Below, piece by piece: positions 1 through 11,774 of a stretch of DNA of 64,000 nt. Every line of letters starts with the position of its first letter. Position 1 is the first letter of the stretch. This stretch comes from Octopus bimaculoides (lineage: Eukaryota): assembly GCF_001194135.2 (NCBI RefSeq), contig NC_068998.1:2314488-2378487 (forward strand), read 5' to 3'. A program made the position numbers and the translations under genes. The notes beneath the pieces were generated by a model. The model saw only the letters and a list, made by a program, of their open reading frames with translations. It was not told the DNA's origin and searched no databases.

Positions 1-46
<46 letters not shown>

Positions 47-49
47 TGT

Positions 50-142
50 AATAAGAGCACTCAGAGAGCACAAACCTCCACCAAGGCAACACCAATGTCC
101 TCTCTACGATTAGCCAGAGATGATTTTTAAAATGAGAATGTC
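50..142 (-). mobile_element. Partial Helentron/DINE-1-like non-autonomous element (HINE), stem-loop end only
   Basis: AATAAGAGCACTCAGAGAGCACAAACCTCCACCAAGGCAACACCAATGTCCTCTC..GATTTTTAAAATGAGAAT aligns by eye to 23864-23955; abuts (TAA)n at 1-46. Confidence 0.65.
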
Positions 143-164
143 TCGTAATATAATAATGAACGTA

Positions 165-202
<38 letters not shown>

Positions 203-1042
203 TCTGAGTGGTATAAAGTTTTCCTTCCATAAAACCGAACTTACTCTGGAGGTTGTAAAAAAAAAATTGGGAATGTGCTTCATGTACGATGCTTGGGCGC
301 CAGGAAAACATGTTCTGCGTTTCACATGTGATCCACAGGCCAGGCAAAGGGTGAAGAGTCGGGAAAACTTTAAGGAAAGCATAACACTATTTACAAAAGA
401 TACAGTAAAAATGGTTAAAAGGCCGGGTAACGGGTAAAAAAATAATAAAGAGAAAAAGAAATCTAATTAAATAAGCCATATGGAGAGACACGCACCTCAG
501 TTATACTTGTACCGAGAAACAGTAGTGTCCCCCTCTAAATATTATTGAGATAACCCCAAAACACCCCCTTTATCGCGGATGTTTGTGAGGCTGGGTGTAC
601 TGGAACACTTAGACATCAACTCTCCCGAGTATCACTTCATACACGAGTGAGAAGGGCGGGTGGCGGACGAAGTCAAATACCTCCTTGTCAGAATCCCTAC
701 TCTCGCGCGAACATCTCAAATGTCACAATTTGAAAAATGCTTATTTAGCGACAGGTTTACGGTATTTCGGTATCGTATTCCGTTCAGTAAGTAACTTCCA
801 TTTCTACCACTGCATTAAGGGCGTGTGACGAAGGGAAAGAGCTGCTAACAAGTGAAACATAGATTTTAGTACTGTCAAACTAAAATATGGAGTTGTGGCC
901 CCTCCTTTATTATACGTTGGTTCCATGTTTACTTCTCAGCTGTGTTGTTACATAACAATATGTCTTCTTGGAACACGAATAGCGCCAAAGTACTGCAGTA
1001 ATACATTCTACAAAACAACGGGTCATAAGGCGAAATCAGCAG

Positions 1043-1260
1043 AGCGACGAACTGGTGGAATCGTTAGAGCGTCGGCCAAACTACCATACTGTGTATCTTC
1101 CGACTCTTTACATTTTGGTTTCAAATCCTCCCGAGGTCAACTTTAACTTTCAAACTTTTCGGAGTCGATAAAATAAATTAACAGTCAAGTACTAAGATCA
1201 ATGGTATTGAATAACACCTCTTAAAACATCTGGCCATGTTCCTTCATGAGAAAGAAACCA
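1043..1260 (+). mobile_element. Diverged family A SINE (tRNA-derived, Nin/Deu-domain-like)
   Basis: Head GCGACGAACTGGTGGAATCGTTAGAGCGTCGG; B-box-like GGTTTCAAATCC; central GAGGTCAACTTTAACTTTCAAACTTTTCGGAGTCGATAAAATAA, similar to 50784-51000. Confidence 0.55.
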
Positions 1261-1605
1261 TATATATAGGGGCGGTTTATAGGGTCTATTATAACATTAA
1301 CTGCTTTACATCCTGGAGTGTGCTTTTCCTTCGAGTTCTACAATAAAAAACGAATAATTTTTTATATATAAACATTAATTGTAATATAAACGGTGTAAAG
1401 GTATTTTAAATATAAATAATATGTAAATGTATGACATTTACAATAATATTTCACAGAGAAGAGAGAACGGAGCGTACGTGTGTGTGTGTGTGTGTGTTAA
1501 TCTGTTTGTTTATCTACGGCTATTTATCAATGGAGTCCTTATTCCGTCCTTTCCGTTTGACTCTCGATTTTAAAGGAAAGCAAATAATAGGGATGATAAT
1601 AAAGC

Positions 1606-1619
1606 GTTACCATGGGAAC
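1606..1619. promoter_or_regulatory. RFX X-box-like motif GTTACCATGGGAAC
   Basis: Matches GTTNCCATGGNAAC; lies in unique, CpG-containing sequence. Confidence 0.35.
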
Positions 1620-2030
1620 AGCGGGATATTTTCTATTCGCAGAATCATCACCATTAGCAGCAGTAGCAGCATCACTGAGGTTGTTTTTTGTGTCCATGCC
1701 GTGATTAAAGATGAAATTTCAGCTCGTTGTGTCTGTCTGTCTGTCTGGCAGAAGGGGTCAATGACGGGGGTGGGGTAACTAGAAGTCGGAGATAGAGAAG
1801 GGGGTTCGAGATGTGATAGTAGGTGTGTGTGTGTGTGTAGCGTGCATGAGAGTTTGTAACTGACTGTAAAGGTGGAGGGAAAGGGGAGGGGAACTTCTTG
1901 TTATCTACTCCTCCTTCCTCACATTTATTGTCTCACCTCTTCACTCGACGCAGAATTCCTAGTCTACCCTCTGCTCGAACACACACGCAGTCAAGTTGAT
2001 GATTATGATTCACAGACTGTCTTGTCTTAC

Positions 2031-2059
2031 CTCTTAACCTGCAAACGGTGTTGTTTACT
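2031..2059 (-). CDS. Candidate 29-nt microexon of an unidentified minus-strand gene (SKQHRLQVK or VNNTVCRLR depending on phase)
   Basis: Minus strand reads (TG)n..CATGCTAATGTTCTTGTTTGTTTATTTTCAG|AGTAAACAACACCGTTTGCAGGTTAAGAG|GTAAGA: branch point CTAAT, polypyrimidine tract, CAG acceptor and GAG|GTAAGA donor. Two frames are open. Confidence 0.5.
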
Positions 2060-2109
2060 CTGAAAATAAACAAACAAGAACATTAGCATGTACACACACA
2101 CGCACACAC

Positions 2110-2143
<34 letters not shown>

Positions 2144-2153
2144 NNNNNNNNNN

Positions 2154-2240
2154 TACCTCTTAACCTGCAAACGGTGTTGTTTACTCTGAAAATAAACAAA
2201 CAAGAACATTAGCATGTACACACACACGCACACACACACG
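2154..2240. other. Second copy of 2028-2115 (including the microexon, 2157-2185) across a 10-N gap; probable assembly or haplotype duplication
   Basis: Identical unique sequence on both sides of the gap at 2144-2153; the copies diverge only inside the following CA microsatellite. Confidence 0.6.
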
Positions 2241-2339
2241 CACACACACTCACACACACGCACACACACACTCACGCACACACACGCACACACTCACACA
2301 CACTCACTCACACGCACACACACACACTCATGCATGTCT

Positions 2340-2565
2340 CTTTTATCTTTTATCTATTATTTGCGTCACTCATTAAGGCTGCGGTCATACTGGGGCACCA
2401 CCTTCAAAAATTTTAGGTCGAGTAAATTGACCCCAATCCATTTTTTTTCTCTTAACCTGGTACTTATTCTATCGATCTGTTTTGCTAAACCGGTAAGTTA
2501 CGTGGACGTAAACACACCAACACCGGTCGTCAAGCGGTGGAAGGAGCAACAAGCACAGACACAAG
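2340..2565 (-). mobile_element. Family B SINE, 3' half
   Basis: Reverse of GTGTTTACGTCCACGTAACTTACCGGTTTAGCAAAACAGATCGATAGAATAAGTACCAGG..GGGGTCAATTTACTCGACC..GGTGGTGCCCCAGTATGACCGCAGCC; shared with 32031-32212 and 60259-60558. Confidence 0.75.
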
Positions 2566-3090
2566 TATTTACTATATATATAAACACACACACACACACA
2601 TACCTTGAAATACTGATCTTATATCAGAGACAGTTCTTTCTGTAACGGAGATCGGAGAAGACATGAAGACATGCGTGTGTCCATGGATATGTATGTATGT
2701 ATGTTCCCCCGACACATGCGCCTGGCTCCGAAATTTGAATAAAGATTAAAAAAATAAAATACAAATACGTCCTTGGATCATTAGTCAACATTAAATAGAA
2801 TTCACGAAGTCTCTAGTCACTGATCGGAGCCGTTAACAAATAACCTGTCAAAATGTCTCCGTGTGGACATAGTAATTTAAGATAGAGTTACTTCCCCTTA
2901 ACCAAAAACCGTCAAATTTACACAAATACGACGGTAGCCATAAGGAAACTTTTTTGTTTTTTTTTCACTGCTTCACTTGTTTCAGTCATTTGACTGCGCC
3001 CATCATGGAGCACTGCCTCCAGTCGTGATTTATTGCCTGCTTTCAAGTAAAGAATAACTGGTGATTAAGAACTATCCGAGAGTCTTTCAG

Positions 3091-3225
3091 AATAATAATC
3101 CTTTCTACTATAGGCACAAGGCCTGAAACAAGTAAAAGAGTACTATATGACTAGCATCTTATCGTCTTGATCCCTGAGAAATATAAAATGAAGATGCCTT
3201 CGGCGGAATTTGAACTCGAGTGCTG
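3091..3225 (-). mobile_element. Decayed family A SINE fragment; a family B tail lies nearby at ~2968-3020
   Basis: AATAATAATCCTTTCTACTATAGGCACAAGGCCTGAAA (A tail, reversed) and TTCGGCGGAATTTGAACTC (reversed B-box region). Confidence 0.45.
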
Positions 3226-3439
3226 AGAGTCTGATCCAAGATATTTTGGAGCCTAATTAGCCTAATTACACGCGTGCGAGCACACGCAAATACGGTCACA
3301 CACACGGTCTCTCCCTCACACACACACACACACACACATACACGGTCTCTCCCTCACACACACACACATACTCACATGCGCGCGCACACACAATATTGCA
3401 TTCATAGGGTCTGGAATTTTAACAGTCACTGAATAGGCA

Positions 3440-3485
3440 ACTCTTTGCTGAGGAGATCTAATAAGGCCGAAAGATGTCCAGAATA
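3440..3485 (+). ncRNA. Degenerate minimal type-I hammerhead-ribozyme-like motif
   Basis: CTGAGGA(3448-54) GATCT-AATA-AGGCC GAAA(3469-72) GAT GTC(3476-78); 4-bp stem I (TTTG/CAGA); two lesions relative to an active core. Confidence 0.35.
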
Positions 3486-3837
3486 ATCACCATGACAACC
3501 ATATATCAAACTCGTTGCTCCACCTTATAAAAATCTTATTTAAATGTTCTGGTTGACTGTGTATTCCAGAAGTTATCTCCCCTCCTCTTCTGAAATAAAT
3601 TTTCATCTACTCTAATCACTTATTCTCAATAAAGGATGAACTTTCAATTTGTAAAACATTATTTAACATTATTCTTGGTTTTCTTCTTCAAGTATAACAA
3701 CCTGCACTTAACTAAACATTAGTAACAATAACCTAAACCACCTTCCCACCTTTTATAGATATGAAAGGTCGAAAACTGCTATGGGCTAGACCTGTCTTTG
3801 TGATAACATCAATGACAACAACAGCACAAACAAACCT

Positions 3838-4195
3838 ACGAGGGATCCTCCATGTAGTGTCTCAGTCTGCCAGAAATAGCAGCCAAATCTCCCTCAAATC
3901 ACACCCTACTGTCCTAAAAGTAGAGGGGTACACTGGATAACGTAGTCATGGATGGCCACAAATATCATATAGGTTCAAACAACTGCTGCTGCTGCTGCTA
4001 CTACCACTAAGCTTTAACAAGGGAACCGTTATACATGGCTTGACTTGTTAGAAATAGCAATCAAATTCACCTCAAATCACTCACTGCCGGGAAGGGAATA
4101 CACTTCTAACAAATGGCATGATCACGGCTGGAACGGCTTTGATTATAGGTTTATTAATCAGAACTGCTTGGATCTGAAAAACGACAAGAACCGGA
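3838..4195 (+). mobile_element. Two tandem family C retroposon copies ((CAA)n-tailed SINE or LINE 3' end)
   Basis: Each has AGAAATAGCAGCCAAATCTCCCTCAAATCAC; the second also has ATGATCACGGCTGGAACGGCTTTGATTATAGG. Same core occurs at >=12 other places. Confidence 0.65.
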
Positions 4196-4309
4196 AGAAC
4201 ATGAAACCATTTTTCAACCTCAAAAAGGAAACACCCAAAGTTCTTTTACGACGCATCCACCCTTTGGCCAATTAACACATCATAGACACATACTAAAATA
4301 TACACATTT

Positions 4310-4340
<31 letters not shown>

Positions 4341-5344
4341 TTCATACATACATATCATGCCACTAGTATACAGTCAATGTGTGTGTATATGTACATGAAT
4401 TCCATGTATGTATGTATATATGTATACACTATAAGTGTGTGTATAGATCTGGGTGTGTTATCTCTGCACGTATATAATGTTAAGTGTTTGAGTGTGGAAG
4501 CCGAAGCATGTGTCTACGTATGAGTGTGTGTATGTATGTATGTATGTATGTATGTTTATATATATATATATATNNNNNNNNNNNNNNNNNNNNNNNNNNN
4601 NNNNNNNNNNNNNNNNNNNNNNNNNNNNNNNNNNNNNNNNNNNNNNNNNNNNNNTATATTTATATATATATATATATATATATAAGGCACATGAATGTAG
4701 CTTTGTACGTACGTAATTTAAATGTGTGTGTGTGTAACTCAATATGTATGTAATGTGTGTAAACGTCAGGGCGTGTATGCCTATTAATGTGATGTGTAAG
4801 TAGGTAGGGGTGTAACTTTGCATGTATGTGTGTACTTCTGCATGTTTCGGCAGTGAGTGTGTGTGTGTGTGTGTATAAAATACATACATACATACATGCA
4901 CACACATATGTATGTATGTATGTATGTATGTTTGTATGTATGAGATTTGATAATTTAAGGTATGTATATATGTATGTATGTATATATGTATATATATATA
5001 TATGTATGCGTGCGTATGTATGTGTGTGTGTGTGTATAACTGTATAAGTTTGTGTCTGTATCTATGACAATATATCTCTATGCATGTGCATGTGATGGAT
5101 GCATGTGTTATGTAGGGAGGTGGGGGTCTGACTGAACATCCTATGTGTATATATGTATACTGTGCGCGTCAGTGCGCGCGTGCGTTTGTGTGTGTGTGTT
5201 ACTGGGCATATTTCTATTTCCGTCTTTACGTATATTCGTGCGTGTGTTTGCAGATGTGTATGTGTATGTGTAGGATTGTGTGCGTGGGTGTGTATGTGTG
5301 TGAGGGTAGGGGTTATGTGTAGGTGGTTGCAATTGGTTAATCCT

Positions 5345-5545
5345 CCCCACAGTCAATTCTCGTTGAGCAGACGTTTGATTAAAGGCATTCCAGCCATGAC
5401 CATCCCATCTTTTGCTATGTGCAGGGGATCGGTGACCACACGATCCAATATGCTTATTTTTAAACCGGTAGAATGGGATTTGCGGGAGATTTGGCTGTGC
5501 CTTCTAGTATGATGAACGACCACCTAGAGGCTCCATCGATTGCTC
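5345..5545 (-). mobile_element. Family C retroposon
   Basis: GAGCAGACGTTTGATTAAAGGCATTCCAGCCATGACCATCCC..GATTTGCGGGAGATTTGGCTG..GAACGACCACCTAGAGGCTCC. Confidence 0.75.
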
Positions 5546-5750
5546 GTGTACGTGTGGCTTTTGTAAGTTAGCAAAAGTGTGTTTCTAGTTGTCTTCGAGC
5601 ATCAGGGTGTGTGTGTGTGTGTGTGTTGTAAATGTGCGTCTGTGTGTGTGTGTGTGCGTGTGTGCGTGCGTGTGCATGTGTGCGTGCGCGTGTGCGTGTG
5701 CGTGTGCGTGTGTGCGTGTGAGTGTGTGTACGTGTGCGACGCGCGCGCGT

Positions 5751-5892
5751 CTCTTTTACTTATTTCAGTCCTTGAACTATGGCCATGCTGGGGCACCACC
5801 TTGAAGGATTCAATCGAACAATTTGACCCCAGGATATAATTTTAAAGCCTGGTACTTATTCTATCGGCTTCTTTTGCTGAACCACTAAGTTA
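5751..5892 (-). mobile_element. Family B SINE 3' part
   Basis: TCTTTTACTTATTTCAGTC..GGCCATGCTGGGGCACCACC..GACCCCAGG..GGTACTTATTCTATCGG. Confidence 0.75.
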
Positions 5893-6375
5893 TATTTTAC
5901 ACATATTCACACAAATATAAGTGTATCTATATATATACATATGTGCGTGTGTGCATTCGCGTGTATGTGCATATGTGAATGTGACTTTGTGTGTGCGCGC
6001 GCGTATAAGTGCGTGGTTCTGTGTGTGTTTGTGTGTGAGTGTGTGTGTGTGCGCGCGCGTTAACAAACAGAACCCTAAACACAATATCAACATCATCACC
6101 CACATTAACATTGGTAGACTGTATTGTTTGCCCCTCCTCTCTTTCTTCTCCATCCTTATACACACACACACATACGCACGCACGCGTGCACACACATTCA
6201 AGCAGATAGACAGATCGATAGATAGACAGACAAACAACTAGATAGATAGATAGATAGATAGATAGATCGATAGATCGATAGATGCATGTGTTAAAGGTGC
6301 TAGCTGGTAAGGCTATGTTTGTATGTATGTATGTATGTATGTATGTGTATGTGCGTGTATTTGTAAAGATGTTGG

Positions 6376-6413
<38 letters not shown>

Positions 6414-6426
6414 GTGGATATTAGTG

Positions 6427-6470
6427 ATGGCGGACCGGAAGTAAGTTGAGTGTGTGGGCGGGGCGGGAAG
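6427..6470 (+). promoter_or_regulatory. Promoter-like cluster: YY1-like ATGGCGG, ETS/GABP CCGGAAGT, tandem GC boxes; also reads as ATG GCG GAC CGG AA|GTAAGT
   Basis: ATGGCGG 6427-33, CCGGAAGT 6435-42, GTAAGT 6441-46, GGGCGGGGCGGG 6456-67. Confidence 0.4.
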
Positions 6471-6879
6471 CAGTGATCAGTTCGTTTCTCATTGCAATGA
6501 TGTTGTTGTTGTGGATGTTGATGTGATTGTTGATGTTGTTATCCTCTTGATTGGCCATTTACTCAACATTCAATCTTCCCTGTATTTCGTTTCTCCCTCT
6601 CTCTCTCTCTTTTACATACCTGTAATAACAACACCAAGAACAACAACAATGATAACAATAATAATAAAATAAAATGTATAAACATCACATATATATATAT
6701 ATACATGCGTGTGTCAATGTGTATATGCATATGTCTATGTGAATGTGCATGCATGTGTATGTGTGTGTGTGTGCGTGTATCTGTGTGCTTTTGCGCGCAT
6801 CTGTGTGCGTGTGTGTATGCATGTGTGTGCGTATGGGTGTTATGTGTATATAACTATTTATTGGTGAGGGGAGAAGTAA

Positions 6880-7325
6880 AGAGGATGAAAGGAGAGAGAA
6901 AAACCGAAAAAGTGTGGAATTATTAGTGAGAAAGAGAGAGAAAGAAAGAAAGAGAGAGTGAGAGAAGAGGAAAGAGAAAAGAGATTGTACCGAGGAAAAA
7001 GAAGGAAAGAAAAATTGCGATTGTACCACGGAGGGAGTGTGAAGAAGAGAGTAAGACAAGGAGATAAAGAAAGAGAGAGATGAGCAGACAGAGAGTGGGG
7101 GAAAGAGAATGTGAGGAGAGAGAGTGAGGGGAGAGAGAGAGAGAGAGATTGTACGGGGATTGACAGCGGGTGAGGAAGTGAGATACAGAAAGAGAGAGAG
7201 AGAGAAGGTGAATAAGAGATAAAAGAAAGAGATATAAAGTGAGGGAGAGAGAGAGAGAGAGAAAGAACGAGATTATAGGGGGACGGAGAGAGTGAGTGAA
7301 AGAAAAGAGAGAGAAGAAGGGAGAG
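6880..7325. repeat. ~450-bp polypurine (GA-rich) low-complexity tract
   Basis: Almost exclusively G/A on the + strand, with recurring GATTGTAC-like interruptions. Confidence 0.9.
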
Positions 7326-7407
7326 TTCGTTTACTAGTAAAACATGATGCGAAGCAACTGTAAAGTGCGCTACGGTGGAGTAGGTGGCCGAATATGAGAA
7401 ACGTACC

Positions 7408-7452
7408 ATGAACGATGAACAAGTTATGGACTCTGGACATCACGAAAACCAG
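7408..7452 (+). CDS. Candidate first coding exon, MNDEQVMDSGHHENQ (phase-0 donor)
   Basis: CpG-rich unique leader at 7326-7407; ACCATGA start context; 15 open codons ending at CAG|GTAGGA. No homology recognised. Confidence 0.3.
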
Positions 7453-7695
7453 GTAGGACTGTTATATAAATAAATATATACACAGATGGCATCTTTATGC
7501 ACCTATGCACACACACACACACACACACACACCGATCTACTATACTTTATGTATATAGTGTGTGTGTGTCTAACGAGAACCTGTAACTAAATGTAGTTGT
7601 TCCTTGTTGACTTACTAATGCCTACCTTAATGATTTACTGCTGTATTGTTTATTTATCCTTAAGAGTTTTTATCATCAGAACATAGATTCTTAAA

Positions 7696-7729
<34 letters not shown>

Positions 7730-7912
7730 CACTCGCTTCGCACATTTACACACGCATGTGTGTGTGTGTATACATACATACATACACTAGGATAGCATGA
7801 TTTGTGATAAATTGTAAATATTACACGGCAAAACTGAAAGCTGAATGTATGTTTATGAAAAATACGCATGTAAATATATTTACAACTTACTTGCCCACCC
7901 TATCTCTCCCTG

Positions 7913-7955
<43 letters not shown>

Positions 7956-8460
7956 TACATACATACATACATACAAACACGCATCATACATACAGGTAGT
8001 CTGCTACATTTTCGTATTGGTGCTTCCTTCAGTATTGGGCTTACTTTAACAAACTGTTGCTACAATCAGTCTTTCTGGTTCCCACCGCTCACCATTTCCT
8101 CAATACTTTCCGTCTACACACTGTTTATTCTGTGAGACAACATTAATGATGGTGCTCCATCTCTTCGTTACTATATACACACACGAACACAAACATACAC
8201 CTGTGTCGCTGTTTATATATATTATTGTTATTATTCCTTGATTAATTTCAGTCATTCAGCTGCGATCATGCTGGGGCATTGCATCCAAGAGTTTTTGACA
8301 TAGCGATCTTTCTCTATACCCACCTCTCTTATATAGAGGCAATATAATATACATTATATATATATATTTATATATATACACACACACGCGCACGCAGAAA
8401 GGGAAAAGACGTGTGTGTTCATCTATATATATATACATGAAGTTTATATGTAATAATTTG

Positions 8461-8640
8461 TGGTTTGGCCCCAGGTCAATGCTGATATCGAATATACCTA
8501 TTGATCAAGAACACTCCAAAAATGATCCTCTCGTTCTTTGGGGCCATATAGAACTAAACACTAGAAGGTATTATAGTTTCAATGAGATATTTGGTTGCTA
8601 TTTCTAACAGTCTGAACGACCATGAAGGACGTTCCTCTCC
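8461..8640 (-). mobile_element. Family C retroposon (diverged)
   Basis: TTTGGCCCCAGGTCAATGCTGAT..CCTATTGATCAAG..GATATTTGGTTGCTATTTCTAACAG..AACGACCATG. Confidence 0.6.
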
Positions 8641-9260
8641 TTAACTCGCCCTATCCATGTGTAATAAATTAATTAGCCTTGTGTAATTAAGTCCCATAGT
8701 TAGGCTACAGGGTTTTGTTTTTCACAGCTCAGAATGAGGGACTGAACTAACCAATTTCGCCATTCTTATGGTCCTTTAGAATTCATTTAATGTGTGCGTG
8801 TTTATGTATTCACATTATACAATTTTTGTATGTGTATATATAGAATGCGATTCTTCATTTTGACTCTATTTTATTGCTTTGAACGTCACAGTATAGCAGC
8901 CCCTTCACGAAATATCCTAGGTTTCATTGCTCTCCATAACACACTTAGAAGGGTTTATAAAAAAATTCATTTATACTGTGTATTTCTATTTAAAGTATAT
9001 GAAAGCTAAGGCGTATACACTCTTTAAAGGTCGTGATGGTCATGCATAGAACGCTTTTCATCATAGTTGTTTGACTCGGGGCTAAACATCAACACAGCGA
9101 GAGATGTGTAAACTTAGAATAATAAACAGTCCCTTGCAGCACTCAGACTCCGCTCTCCTTCTCTCTCTCTCATTATCTTATCACTCTCTCTATCTCATCA
9201 TCCTCTCGGTTTCACTATCTATCTTTTTCTATTCCTCTCTGTATATCACCATCTCTCTAT

Positions 9261-9313
<53 letters not shown>

Positions 9314-10403
9314 TATAATCACCATCTCTCTTTTTCTCTCTACATTGCCATCTCTCCCTTTATGTCACTCTCAATATGTCACCACCTCTTCTATCGTACA
9401 CCCCCCCCCCTTTCTGTTTCTCTCTCTCTCCAATTCTCAGACATGTTTACTTGCAGAGTTCACTGAGGAACAGTAAACACTGTTTTATTACGAAGCCATT
9501 CTGTAACTCCTGGCTTTTCATCTACCCATTTATTCACACACATATATCTATATAAAAGAGTATCCATCCATCTATCTATCTATCTATCTATTCACATATA
9601 AACGTTTCTTCCTTGGCCAAACTTCTAAGTTACAGTCAAATTTTCCTAAATATTTAGCCCGGCGTGTAACTTCCACCTTAAATAATGTTTTTTTTGTTAT
9701 TCTACTTTCAATATTGAATACTGTTTTTCTTTTTTCTGTATTGAAGTCTTTGCTATCAAGTGTTTACATGTATTCACACAGAGAAAAATGTGTGTGTATA
9801 TATGTGTGTGTGTGTACACACATACACATACGCACAAGTGTATGTGTAAATGTTGGTATATAATCTCCAATTATCTGACCATGAATCTATCCGATTAAAT
9901 GTCTGCACGTCCAAGTGTGTGTGTGTGTGTGTGTGTGTGCGCGTGCGTGTCCGAGGTACTTGTCTTTATAAATGACAATATATTCTTGTCGGTAGGTGTT
10001 AGTATTATTATACTCGTCGTGTCCACGCGTTCTCTATGAATGCCTCTTCGAGCCAGCTGGCACTTTCTCTTGGCTATTATTATAACCTCCACTCTCAATA
10101 GTTATTTCACTGTTGCCACTTTTTCGAGGAATACACTGGACAGAAATTCCACAGTTGTAGCACAGCAACACATCTTTTTACCTTATGCTGTTTAAGCATG
10201 ACCTGGGCCAGTAATGGTCAAATCTTATCTTATCTAAATCGTAAAACCCTTGATCCTTTCTATAATTATAATCCTTCTTTTCCCACCTCTCTCCTCTCTC
10301 TTTTTCTCTCTTTCTGTTTCGTATTTGCTGTTGTGACGATACAAAGAATATATAGATTTGTGTTCATGTATATTATGTATGTTTATGTGCATGTATGCAT
10401 GTG

Positions 10404-10449
<46 letters not shown>

Positions 10450-11048
10450 GAGAGAGAGAGAGAGAGAGAGAGATGTGCTTAACTTTGAGTGGCTGTATAA
10501 ACAATGTGTAGATGAGTTTCATGGCTGGAGGAGAAATGAACTCGAAATAACTGAATAGGAAACTATATGAATACGAGATTATACTGGAAGATACCTGTAG
10601 TGTGTATGTGTGAGAGAAAGAGAGACAGAGACAGGCTGTTAGATGTAGGTTGGAGGGGGCATGGATGGATTGGGGTGTTGGTTTCGTGGCTGGAGGGAAA
10701 ACGTGTGTGAGGAGTGAATTCTAGAAAAATGTAGGTTGGTAGGCATCACGATGTAGGCGGAGAGAGAGATACTGAGACAGACAGACAGGTAGGTAGATAA
10801 TGGACCAGACTGTTAGAATTGCGGGGAGTGCTCGTTGACCATCCTTTAACACCCACTTTTCTCAAATCGATTTTTGTACAATATGACTGTTTACTTTCAG
10901 ACAGAAGAATCACAGGTTGTTCACCTGAAGAATCTCCCGTTTCCGTTGCTAGACTTTGCCAGGGGGGCTGTTCTTGAGGTAGAATAATCTAAGGGTAACG
11001 ATTCCACAACAGCCCTCCACCACTACCATCATCATCATTCCTTCTAAT

Positions 11049-11252
11049 CAGGATAACCTCTGCGTTGTTGCTCGCTTTGTAAGAAATAGCAGTCAAGTTC
11101 CCCCCATCCTCAAATCATACTCTATCGTTTTTAATAGGAAAGATATATGGGAATGTAGTTCTTGACATTAAGACGAGACGATCACAGCTGGAACGCCTTT
11201 GATCATTGATCTTCTAGATCAGAGCTATTCAAGGGGCTAAACACCACCACTG
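11049..11252 (+). mobile_element. Family C retroposon, near full length
   Basis: AGAAATAGCAGTCAAG..CTCAAATCATAC..GATCACAGCTGGAACGCCTTTGATCA..GGGGCTAAACACCACC tail. Confidence 0.7.
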
Positions 11253-11774
11253 TAGCTCATACTACGTACAGACTAAATTTTACACTATCATCATCTCTCT
11301 AATTATTGTAGTTTCTGTTAATTTTGGTACACACTATATTTTATTATTTTCTTTCGTGATCTTTGTGGCCAATATAGAAAGAATTATAAACTTTTACAAT
11401 AAACGCGCTGTGTGTATATAAATATGTCATGCATGTATGTATGTATGTATAAAGATATTTCCGTAAAATTTACTCATTTCTGGAATTTCCTTGGTTTAAT
11501 CCACGCCTCTCGTTTTATACTTATAGATGTGTGTGTGTGTGAGAGAGAGAATTTAATTCTAAGCTATTTTTTCCTGTAACTGGCCAGTTCCAAGAATGAG
11601 CGACGTAATTTCCGCGTGTTTGCCATCTCGTCTCCATTATCCCTCCAAGACCTTTTTGCTCTACTTTAACCAAACGGCGTTAGAAAGGCCCCAGGTGCCT
11701 AAGGACTGGCACATTAATCACTATAGGGCCTTCTCCGACCTTGTATCTTTCTTTTATTTGTGTATGTAGTGTGA

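Noticed and set aside
820-885. GTGACGA..GAAAC..GTC as a hammerhead
   Set aside because: Core C3 is missing and neither stem I nor stem II forms.
3540-3720. Minus-strand IESSSFIENK as a Penelope endonuclease remnant
   Set aside because: Too short and interrupted, and it is on the opposite strand to the adjacent hammerhead-like motif.
6050-6160. Minus-strand peptide MEKKERRGKQYSLPMLMWVMMLILCLGFCLLTRA, resembling a signal anchor
   Set aside because: Starts and ends in microsatellite, has no good donor site, and the hydrophobicity is explained by T/G-rich composition.
11597-11770. 57-codon ORF MSDVISACLPSRLHYPSK..
   Set aside because: No homology recognised, weak donor, and length is within chance expectation.
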